A stretch of DNA of 64,000 nt from Verrucomicrobiales bacterium (lineage in GTDB: Bacteria > Verrucomicrobiota > Verrucomicrobiia > Limisphaerales > CAIMTB01). The notes under the pieces were generated by a model. It had not been told where the DNA came from. It saw only the letters and a list, made by a program, of their open reading frames with translations, and ran no database searches. Shown here piece by piece: positions 56,657 to 64,000 of the stretch (position 1 is its first letter; each line of letters starts with the position of its first letter). The stretch spans positions 83,410 through 147,409 of the forward strand of contig JAEUHG010000087.1 in assembly GCA_016795425.1 (NCBI GenBank), in the 5' to 3' direction. The position numbers were made by a program, and so were the translations under genes.

Positions 56657-58177
56657 TCAGCGGGGGCGACCCGCGCCACCGAACGGACTGAATGGGTTGC
56701 GGGCAGTGTTGGCCGCCGTGGCGGTCGAGGGGCTCACGATCCCCGTGACGATGACGTCACCCTCCTTGAGGCCCTCCACCACTTCGACGTTGGCGCCATC
56801 GCCGATCCCTAGCTTCAGGCTGATCGGTCGAAGCGCCTTGGTTTCCGCGCCCGTGGCGGACTTCTGGGTCTCCAGGACATAGACGGTGCCCGTTTTTGGC
56901 GTTTCCGTCTGGGAGCGTCGTTCGCCACCACCGCCGCCGCCGCCGCCACCACCGAATCCACCACCGCCACCCCCCATGCCGCCGCCACCCATGCCGCCGC
57001 CACCACCGCCTTGGGCGAAGCGGGCGCGCATTTCGGCAGAGATCCGATCGTATTTCTCCTTTTGCTCCGGAGTGAGACTGGCGGCGTAGGCCTTGCGCTC
57101 CTCTTCCGTGGGCCGCCGGCGTTCCCCGCCGGTGGTCCATGGCATGACCGGTAATCCGGCGAACGGGCCACTCTCAATCAAGGCCACTGTGGGTGCCGTG
57201 GCGGGTACCGCGGTCATATTGGTTTCGCCCACGATGACGGCACCGGCGGGGGGGCGAAAGCGGAGAGCCGAGGCGGGGATCTTCAGCACGGCCCGACGGG
57301 CCGCAGTAATGATTTTCGCGTTGGCGGTCATGCCGGGGCGGAGTTTGAGGTCCCTGTTCTCGACCGAAACGACCGTGGTGTAGCTGACAACGTTCTGGTT
57401 GGTCGTGCCCGCGAATCGAACCTGTTGCACCTTGCCTTCGAAGGAACGCCCCGGGAAAGCATCGACGGTGAAGTCCACTGTTTGGCCTTCCTCGACCCCG
57501 CCGACATCGGCTTCCGCCACCGCCGCCTCGATGCGCATTTTGGTTAGGTCATTGGCGATGATGAAGAGGACCGGAGCATTCATGCTGGCGGCCACGGTTT
57601 GGCCCGCTTCGACCTTTCGGTTCATGACCACGCCATCCATGGGGGCGTAGATCCGGGTGCGGGCGAGGTCGACCTTGGCCCGATCGACATTGGCTTGGCG
57701 CGTCTTTACGGCCGCTTTGGCCTGATTGAGCGCGATCCGGGCTTGGTCGAACTCGGATTTGGAAATGAGGTTGGCGTCATTCAGACCGATGGCCCGGTCG
57801 TAATTGAGCTGGGTCAGTTCCATGGCGGCTTCGGCGTTGGCCAGCTCGGCTTCGGACTGGATCAGGGCGCGTTCGTAGGTGGCCGGGTCGATCTGGGCCA
57901 CCAGATCCCCCTCCTTCACCTGCGAATTGAAGTCGACTTTAATGTCCGTGATCACCCCGGAAATCTGGGAGCCGACCTCGACCAGGCGGACGGGGGTGAG
58001 GGAGCCATTGGCGGTGACGGATTGAATGACGTCACCCCGGCTGACTTTGGCGGTTTGGTAGTCGGCCTCGCCTTGGGCGGGCTTGTTCCAATAGCGATAG
58101 CCGGCGTAAGCGCCGCCGCCGATGAGGGCGAGAATGATGATCCACTTGATGGGGGAGGAACGGGCGGAGTTGCTCAT
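56657..58177 (-). CDS. HlyD-family periplasmic adaptor with an internal poly-glycine tract
   Basis: N-terminal TM WIIILALIGGGAYAGY, lipoyl/hairpin/barrel order typical of MacA-like adaptors, and the insert GGGGGGMGGGGMGGGGGGFGGGGGGGGGG. Confidence 0.85.
   Translation of the reverse strand: MSNSARSSPIKWIIILALIGGGAYAGYRYWNKPAQGEADYQTAKVSRGDVIQSVTANGSLTPVRLVEVGSQISGVITDIKVDFNSQVKEGDLVAQIDPATYERALIQSEAELANAEAAMELTQLNYDRAIGLNDANLISKSEFDQARIALNQAKAAVKTRQANVDRAKVDLARTRIYAPMDGVVMNRKVEAGQTVAASMNAPVLFIIANDLTKMRIEAAVAEADVGGVEEGQTVDFTVDAFPGRSFEGKVQQVRFAGTTNQNVVSYTTVVSVENRDLKLRPGMTANAKIITAARRAVLKIPASALRFRPPAGAVIVGETNMTAVPATAPTVALIESGPFAGLPVMPWTTGGERRRPTEEERKAYAASLTPEQKEKYDRISAEMRARFAQGGGGGGMGGGGMGGGGGGFGGGGGGGGGGERRSQTETPKTGTVYVLETQKSATGAETKALRPISLKLGIGDGANVEVVEGLKEGDVIVTGIVSPSTATAANTARNPFSPFGGAGRPR
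56924..57010. repeat. (GGN)n simple-sequence tract encoding the poly-Gly insert
   Basis: The plus strand reads gccaccaccgccgccgccgccgccaccaccgaatccaccaccgccaccccccatgccgccgccacccatgccgccgccaccaccgcc. Confidence 0.8.
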
Positions 58178-58532
58178 GGCTGCCTGTTGGGCGGGCGTTG
58201 GTGGCGGATGTTGGCGGCTTCTCGTGGTTGGCAGTCAAGACGGCTTGGGCGTCCGGAAGTTACAACTGCCAGAACACGGTCATTCCGACGCCGTCCGGGG
58301 GGAGCATTCGACGGCTTCCCGACAAGCGCCAACCTGGGTGTGACCATGGAGAGGTTTGCCGGGACCAAGGCGCCCTGGGCTGGGACGGCAGGCTGGACAG
58401 GAACGGGGGATGGGGGAAGTGGGACCGTCTTCTCTGAATTGGTTCCTTAAGTTTTCCAGCGATCCGCCGATGAATCGCCTGCGGGAGTCTCCGCGCGACG
58501 CGTAGCGGCTCCACCCGCGGAAAGTATTCCTG

Positions 58533-61500
58533 ATGCAAACGCTGTCCTGCCCAGCGTCGGTCTCCGGCGCATTAGGATTTCCCCGACGGGAAATCCGTTC
58601 TCAGCGAGTGCTTTGGCGCTCGAGCTGGGAATTCCTCATCCTTTTCCTCCGGTCCCTACCAGGCCTTGGGCTGGGCATCACCCTCCTGATGTCCGCCAAC
58701 GGTCCCGAGGCCCAGGCGGCGCCCGGAGATGTGGATCCCACCTTCCTACCCTCCGGATTCCGTGCCGATGAGGTGCAGGCCGTCGCGATCACACCTGCGG
58801 ATCGCATCCTGGTGGGTGGCTATTTGTCCGGAACCAATCTGGTGGGAGATCCCATCGAGGGTACGGCTTACCTGGGCGCGGATGGTGCGTATGATCCCAG
58901 CTTTGGGGTGGCGGGGAGCCTCGCGATGGTGAGCGCCATGGCAGTGGATACCCTGGGTCGGGTCGTCTGTGCCGGCGTTCAGACCAACAGCTTGAACGCG
59001 GTGGTTCGACGTTTGGACCCGCTGGGTGTGCTGGATCCTGCCATCGACCTGGTGTTCGGCGGAAATTTGTCGCCGTGGGTCTATGATGTCGAACTTCAGT
59101 CGGATGGCCGGTTGCTGGTGGCCGGGTCATTTACTCGGGTGGGTTCGGTCAGTCGCACCAACCTGGTTCGCATCCACACCGACGGAACGGTCGATTTGAG
59201 TTTCAAGACCAATTTCAATGCCACTGGACCGATTCTCGTCGTCGCCTTGCAGGCGGATGACAAGGTTCTTATCGGCGGCACGTTTACCAACGTGAACGGA
59301 ACCATTCGCCGCGGGATCGCCCGACTCAACGTCGATGGTTCGCTCGATACCACGTTCAATCCGGGGACAGGCGTGCAGGGGTTGGTGAAGGCGATCGGAA
59401 TACAGGCCGACGGCCGCATTCTCATCGGCGGGTATTTCTTCTCCGTCAACGGAGTCTTGCGATCGGGTTTGGCTCGGTTGCTGCCCAACGGGTCGTTGGA
59501 TACCACCTTCCATCCCGGTGATGGGGCGGAGTTGATCGGAGTGGACAACCCAGGGACCGGACCTTCCGTCGATGCGTTGGTGCAGCAGGGCGACGGACGT
59601 TGGATTGTCGGCGGCAACTTCAACCATTTCGGAGGGCTCGCCCGATCGCATTTGGTGCGACTGAACTGGGATGGTGCGGTGGATGAAAACTTCGATGTGG
59701 GAACGGGACCGAATGCCCCGGTGCGCAGCCTGGCTTTGGACTCGAATGGCTTCCTCGCCGCCGGCGGGGAGTTCACCACCGTCAATGGATTGGCGCGAAT
59801 GCGGGTGGCGCGTATCGAGAGCGATGGACGAAGGCCGGTGCTGCCGGTGATTGTCGAGGCGCCGTCGGATCTGGTGGTGACGCTCGGTCAGACCGCGACG
59901 TTCTCGGTGAAAGCCACCGGGACCCCCGAGCTTCGGTATGTGTGGCGCAAAGGAGGATTGGATCTGCCCAACCAGACCAATGCCACGTTAGTGCTGTCGA
60001 ATTGTCAGTTTTCCGACGCCGGCCGGTATAGCGTGATGGTCTACAACACCGCCGGCGAAGTGGTCAGTTCCACGGCGACCTTGAGCGTGAATCCCGCGCC
60101 AGTGGCTCCCACGTTGGTGGCACAACCCACCGGTGGGTTCCTCAAGGTGGGCGACGCCATCACCTTGTCGGCGGCGGCCACGGGTTCCAAGCCGCTGGCG
60201 TGGCAATGGCGTTTGGGAACTGCGGATGTGGTCGGGGCGACCAACAGTTCGATGACGCTAGCCGCCATCACCACGACCCAGGCGGGCAGCTATTCAGCCA
60301 GGGTCTCCAACGCGGCGGGTTCGGCGGTCACGGTGCCGACGCCGGTGGCGGTGTATATCCCGCCATCCGACATCACGGAATGGGCCGGATCCAATGCCAC
60401 CCTGCGCGTCCAGGCTTTCGGACCCGGACCCTTTGGGTACCAATGGTTGCACGAAGGCACCAACCTCCCCGGAGCGACCAAATCGTCGCTTCTGATCACC
60501 AACCTGTCCTTGAACCATTCCGGGCTGTACACGGTGATGCTGTCGAATGCGACCAGTCGGGCGACCAGCCCACCGGCCCTTCTCACCGTGACGATGGCGC
60601 CGCTCATTCTCGCTCACCCCGTGACCACCGTCGCGGCTACTGGCGAGGTGGTCACGCTTTCCGTGTCCGCCCAGGGCAGCTCACCGTTGACCTACCAGTG
60701 GCGACTCCAAGGCACCAATTTGCCGGGCGCCACCGCGTCGTCCTTGAGCCTGGGGCCGGTGACGGCCGCCGATGCCGGGTACTACTCGGTGATCATCGCC
60801 AATGGGTTTGGATCCACCACCAGCCGGGTGGCAACGGTGACCATCTCCAATGGAACGGTGTCGACCCTGATTCTCGACGATGCCTCCACCTTCTCGGGCG
60901 GCACGGTGTCGGTTCCGGTCCATCTGATCGGCGTTGGGACCGAGAACACGCTGGCTTTCAATCTCCAGTTTGATCCCGATCTGCTCACCTTGCTGGCGGC
61001 CTCGAATGGAGTGGCCATTGCGGAGGATACCTCGGTGGTTCTGAATACCGAGGAGATCGACCAGGGACGCGCCGGGGTTCTGATTGCCCAGCCTGGCGGA
61101 TTCGAATTTCCAGCGGGAACCAACCACCTGCTCACCTTGCACTTTGGTGTTGCCCAGGGCATTGCCGCCGCGACGGTGACCGCGGTGACCTTTGGTTCAA
61201 CCCCCGTCACTACGGCGATGCTTTCCAGCGCGGTGCGTCCGTTGGCTGCTAACTATGAAGGCGCCCGCATCACCATCGAGGCCGGCTTGGAGGGCGATTT
61301 GAGCCCGGCACCGGGTGGCGATGGATTATTGACCGCGGCGGACTGGGCCGCCGTCGCGCGGTTGGTGGGTGGGCTCGTGGACCTCGAAAGTGGCAGCCAG
61401 ACCTTGAGGGCGGATTGTGCGCCGTTGGAAACCCTGGGGGATGGCGTCCTGGACGCTGCGGATTGGACGCAGGCTGGACGTTACGTCGCCGGCATTGATT

Positions 61501-62291
61501 CCCCGAAGTTGGCAGGCGGTCCGTCGACCTTGACCGGTTCCAAGGCAGGCCTGGCTGCGGTGGATGAGGAGGATGCCGGAGATGTCGTCGAGGAACTGGA
61601 GCGCGCCGTGGCTCATGAAGGGCGTCGGATTGGGCGGATGTCGACCGGGGGTGGATTGAGGCGCATCGAAGTGAGCGGCGCTCAGGCGCCGGTCGGTGAA
61701 GCCGTGACACTGGAGGTGCGCTTGCAGGCTGTCGGTGACGAGAACACCGCTGGATTTACCCTGATCTACGATCCCTCCAAGTTGCGTTATCTGGGTGGCT
61801 TGCCCGGTCCCGGTCTGCCCGGAGGCGCCGTCCTGTTGCTGAACACCAACAAAACGCCACAAGGTCGCCTGGGGGTGTTGATCGGGCAGTACGCCGGCGA
61901 GGCGTTTTCGTCGGGGTTGCATACCGTGTTGAAGGCGCAATTCGAGGTCACGGGACAGGAAAGTGCCGTGGTGGGGTTTGGTGACACCCCGGTTCGGCGG
62001 GAAGTGGTTTCCTCGGAAGCGCGGGTTCTGGCCACCACCTATGCCTCTGCCACGGTGCGCGTCGAGCTCCCGCCACAGGCGCCGGTGCCGTTGAAGCCGG
62101 CGCGGCAACGCAATGGAACCTTGCTGCTGCGATGGAACGCCGCTCAACCGGGACACTATGTGTTGGAGACCTCCGCTGACCTGCGAACCTGGACTCCATT
62201 AACGGAATGGACAGTGACCTCGGCGAGCACGCTGGAGTTCAACGAGAGCGAAGTCGCGGTCCAGCCCCAGAAGTTCTTCCGGGTGCGGTAA
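58533..62291 (+). CDS. Giant secreted protein: delta-60-type repeats, four Ig-like domains, cohesin-like, dockerin-like, cohesin-like, C-terminal module
   Basis: About seven repeats of the form (L/V)D.(T/S)F.....G.V.A(L/I).(L/I)Q.DG(R/K)(I/L)L(I/V)GG.F..VNG. Ig-like units include LRYVWRKGGLDLPNQTNATLVLSNCQFSDAGRYSVMVYN. Cohesin-like units: GGTVSVPVHLIGVGTENTLAFNLQFDPDLLTL and VGEAVTLEVRLQAVGDENTAGFTLIYDPSKLRYL. Between them lie two dockerin-like segments, GDGLLTAADWAAVARLVGG and GDGVLDAADWTQAGRYVAG. Confidence 0.85.
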   Translation: MQTLSCPASVSGALGFPRREIRSQRVLWRSSWEFLILFLRSLPGLGLGITLLMSANGPEAQAAPGDVDPTFLPSGFRADEVQAVAITPADRILVGGYLSGTNLVGDPIEGTAYLGADGAYDPSFGVAGSLAMVSAMAVDTLGRVVCAGVQTNSLNAVVRRLDPLGVLDPAIDLVFGGNLSPWVYDVELQSDGRLLVAGSFTRVGSVSRTNLVRIHTDGTVDLSFKTNFNATGPILVVALQADDKVLIGGTFTNVNGTIRRGIARLNVDGSLDTTFNPGTGVQGLVKAIGIQADGRILIGGYFFSVNGVLRSGLARLLPNGSLDTTFHPGDGAELIGVDNPGTGPSVDALVQQGDGRWIVGGNFNHFGGLARSHLVRLNWDGAVDENFDVGTGPNAPVRSLALDSNGFLAAGGEFTTVNGLARMRVARIESDGRRPVLPVIVEAPSDLVVTLGQTATFSVKATGTPELRYVWRKGGLDLPNQTNATLVLSNCQFSDAGRYSVMVYNTAGEVVSSTATLSVNPAPVAPTLVAQPTGGFLKVGDAITLSAAATGSKPLAWQWRLGTADVVGATNSSMTLAAITTTQAGSYSARVSNAAGSAVTVPTPVAVYIPPSDITEWAGSNATLRVQAFGPGPFGYQWLHEGTNLPGATKSSLLITNLSLNHSGLYTVMLSNATSRATSPPALLTVTMAPLILAHPVTTVAATGEVVTLSVSAQGSSPLTYQWRLQGTNLPGATASSLSLGPVTAADAGYYSVIIANGFGSTTSRVATVTISNGTVSTLILDDASTFSGGTVSVPVHLIGVGTENTLAFNLQFDPDLLTLLAASNGVAIAEDTSVVLNTEEIDQGRAGVLIAQPGGFEFPAGTNHLLTLHFGVAQGIAAATVTAVTFGSTPVTTAMLSSAVRPLAANYEGARITIEAGLEGDLSPAPGGDGLLTAADWAAVARLVGGLVDLESGSQTLRADCAPLETLGDGVLDAADWTQAGRYVAGIDSPKLAGGPSTLTGSKAGLAAVDEEDAGDVVEELERAVAHEGRRIGRMSTGGGLRRIEVSGAQAPVGEAVTLEVRLQAVGDENTAGFTLIYDPSKLRYLGGLPGPGLPGGAVLLLNTNKTPQGRLGVLIGQYAGEAFSSGLHTVLKAQFEVTGQESAVVGFGDTPVRREVVSSEARVLATTYASATVRVELPPQAPVPLKPARQRNGTLLLRWNAAQPGHYVLETSADLRTWTPLTEWTVTSASTLEFNESEVAVQPQKFFRVR

Positions 62292-62733
62292 TTGGCGGTT
62301 GGCGGCCGGTGGGGGAAAAGGAAATGGCCCCGCGTTTTGGACTGTCGGTGGCGACCGGCCGAAGCCTCCGCGTCACCCATCGTCCTGCAGGGCCGAAATC
62401 CGCGCTCAATTCACCATAGGACCGCCAGGGCGGCTACACGGATCTTGGCCGAAGCTGACCGTTGGCTGTGGTTTGTTGCGGGCGGGTGTGGATCCAGCGC
62501 TCAGGGGTGCATTCCCGATCCCCGTCACCGCGCTCATCCTCCTCTTCATGGTGTCGCGATGGGCGTGCCGGGCGACGGGTGTCACTTTGGTGTCAGAGCA
62601 GGGAGGGGGGTGGCGGTTGGGGCGAGCCCGGAAGACCGGGTGCTTCGCGCGTTTCCGTCCCCAGGTCTTCAGAAACGAGTTGACAATGCGGGCCAAGGTC
62701 CGGCAGAACGCGCCCCGCCTTTCGATGGAAAGG

Positions 62734-62856
62734 CTCTCATTGCGAGTGGGTGAGGGACTGGCCCGACGACCCCACGGCAACCGGCGGCCACCGGCAACGC
62801 GGGCCGCGACCAGGTGCCAATTCCAGCCCGGGACGGTTGACCGGGGAAAATGAGAG
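62734..62856 (+). promoter_or_regulatory. SAM-I (S-box) riboswitch aptamer
   Basis: P1 is CTCTCATT (62734-62741) / AATGAGAG (62849-62856). The core GAGGGACTGGCCCGACGACCCCACGGCAACC closely matches the S-box consensus GAGGGAcuGGCCCgauGAaaCCCgGCAACC. P3 is GCGGCC...GGCCGC. GGTGCCAATTCCAGC is present. P4 is CCCGG...CCGGG, followed by GAAAATGAGAG. It lies 92 nt upstream of the thrC-family ATG. Confidence 0.85.
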
Positions 62857-62947
62857 GAGTGCCGGACCGTTTCTGGGTCCTCTTCTCAAGACACCAATGG
62901 GAAGGGGACTTTTTGTTTCCTTCCCCGCGTTGCCAAAGACGCATGGC

Positions 62948-64000
62948 ATGGAAAAGCAACGACCGTTCATGAAGGCCCTCAAGTGCCGCGAATGCGGCCA
63001 TGAGTATCCTCTCGAAGCCACCCACGTTTGTGAATTCGACTTCGGCCCGCTCGAAGTCGTTTATGACTACGACCGGATCCACGGACGTTTGACCCGGGAC
63101 CTGATCGAGAGCCGTCCGCGAACCATGTGGCGGTATCGCGAGTTGTTGCCGATCGCGGGGGAACCGACGGTGGGTGCCCAGGTTGGCTACACCCCTTTGG
63201 TGCGGGCGGACCGATTGGCCCGCCGCCTGGGGGTGCGGGAACTCTGGATCAAGAACGATGCGGTCAATTATCCGACACTCTCGTTCAAGGACCGTGTGGT
63301 AAGCGTGGCGCTCAGCCGGGCGCGAGAGCTTGGCTTCAAGACGGTCGCCTGCGCTTCCACGGGCAACCTGGCAAACTCCGTCGCCGCCAACGCCGCCGCC
63401 GCCGGCTTGGATTCCTATGTGTTCATTCCGCACGACCTGGAACAGGGCAAGGTGCTGAACTCGCTGATCTACGGCGCCCGCGTCATCGGCATTCGCGGCC
63501 ACTACGACGAGGTCAACCGGTTGTGCGCCGAAATCGCCGGGAAGTACGGCTGGGCCTTCGTGAACGTGAACATGCGTCCGTATTACGCCGAGGGTTCGAA
63601 GTCCATGGGCTTCGAAATCCAGGAACAATTGGGGTGGAAAATCCCCGCGCATACGGTCGTGTGCATGGCTTCAGGCTCCCTGCTCACCAAGATCCACAAG
63701 AGTTACCAGGAATTCTCCAAACTCGGTCTGGTGGCGTCGACGCCCTGGAAAATCCACGGCGCTCAGGCGACGGGCTGCAGTCCAATCACCACCGCGCAGA
63801 AGGCGGGCTTGGATTTCTTCAAACCGGTGAAGCCCGATACCATCGCGAAGTCGTTGGCCATCGGGACGCCCGCCGATGGTTTCTACGCACTCAAAGTGAT
63901 GAAGGAGACCGGCGGGTCGGGCGAGGACGTGACCGACGACGAGATTCGCGAGGGCATCCGAATGCTGGCCGAGTGCGAGGGTATCTTTGCCGAAACGGCT
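62948..64000 (+). CDS. thrC: Threonine-synthase-family PLP enzyme with N-terminal Zn-ribbon; 3' end beyond the window
   Basis: Not in the ORF track because no stop lies in the window. My translation reads MEKQRPFMKALKCRECGHEYPLEATHVCEFDFGPLEVVYDY, MWRYRELLPI, NYPTLSFKDRVVSVALS (PLP Lys block), ACASTGNLANSVAA. The listed 327-aa minus ORF 62669..63652 is its antisense shadow. Confidence 0.9.
   Translation, partial: MEKQRPFMKALKCRECGHEYPLEATHVCEFDFGPLEVVYDYDRIHGRLTRDLIESRPRTMWRYRELLPIAGEPTVGAQVGYTPLVRADRLARRLGVRELWIKNDAVNYPTLSFKDRVVSVALSRARELGFKTVACASTGNLANSVAANAAAAGLDSYVFIPHDLEQGKVLNSLIYGARVIGIRGHYDEVNRLCAEIAGKYGWAFVNVNMRPYYAEGSKSMGFEIQEQLGWKIPAHTVVCMASGSLLTKIHKSYQEFSKLGLVASTPWKIHGAQATGCSPITTAQKAGLDFFKPVKPDTIAKSLAIGTPADGFYALKVMKETGGSGEDVTDDEIREGIRMLAECEGIFAETA

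Noticed and set aside
56924-57010. Repetitive tract considered as a possible CRISPR or minisatellite
   Set aside because: It is an in-frame (GGN)n codon run within a gene, with no repeat-spacer organisation. No CRISPR-like arrays were seen anywhere in the window.
62292-62733. ORFs of 153 aa (62292..62753), 184 aa (62299..62853) and 124 aa (62406..62780, minus) in the ~440-bp gap before the riboswitch
   Set aside because: The translations are Arg/Gly/Pro/Trp-rich with no hydrophobic core or motifs, and they overlap the riboswitch. I treat the stretch as non-coding, and its role is unexplained. A TTGACA at 62680-62685 lacks a convincing -10.
62669-63652. 327-aa minus-strand ORF
   Set aside because: It is antisense to the thrC-family gene and overlaps the SAM riboswitch. 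The plus frame carries the unmistakable PLP-enzyme motifs.

Overview
GC-rich bacterial chromosomal segment with almost no non-coding space. The gene content suggests a PVC-group organism (Verrucomicrobiota or Planctomycetota), based on a DUF1559/prepilin-type protein, delta-60-repeat, LamG and Ig giant secreted proteins, a CRTAC1/ASPIC protein, and frequent ATGA/GTGA stop-start overlaps. All family calls were made by eye from motifs in the translations, and no searches were run.

Housekeeping genes:
- pgk-tpiA-secG
- prfC
- tyrS
- a uvrA-family gene
- a thrC-family gene preceded by a clear SAM-I riboswitch

Accessory content:
- Two paralogous HlyD / ABC-ATPase / FtsX-permease (MacAB-type) efflux operons. 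One carries TolC. The other ends in a secreted agmatine-deiminase/PAD-like protein.
- A 10-kb co-directional cluster: DUF3311, Na+/solute symporter, flavin halogenase-like, CRTAC1, TPR lipoprotein, PAS hybrid histidine kinase.
- A B12-binding corrinoid protein translationally coupled to a GH38-like hydrolase and a sugar MFS porter, with an MtaA-type methyltransferase 4.7 kb away.
- An ECF sigma factor fused to a transmembrane and extracytoplasmic domain.
- Two giant repeat proteins, one with a cohesin / dockerin-like / cohesin arrangement.

The most unusual structure is a ~3.0-kb single-gene cassette encoding a cyclase / Ser-Thr kinase receptor. It sits exactly at the overlapping junction of two operon genes and is bracketed by 161-190-bp direct repeats that duplicate that junction. 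No transposase or integrase is visible nearby.

I found no rRNA, tRNA, CRISPR array, transposase, integrase or phage genes. Many long ORFs in the supplied track are antisense shadow ORFs typical of high-GC DNA, and I rejected them.
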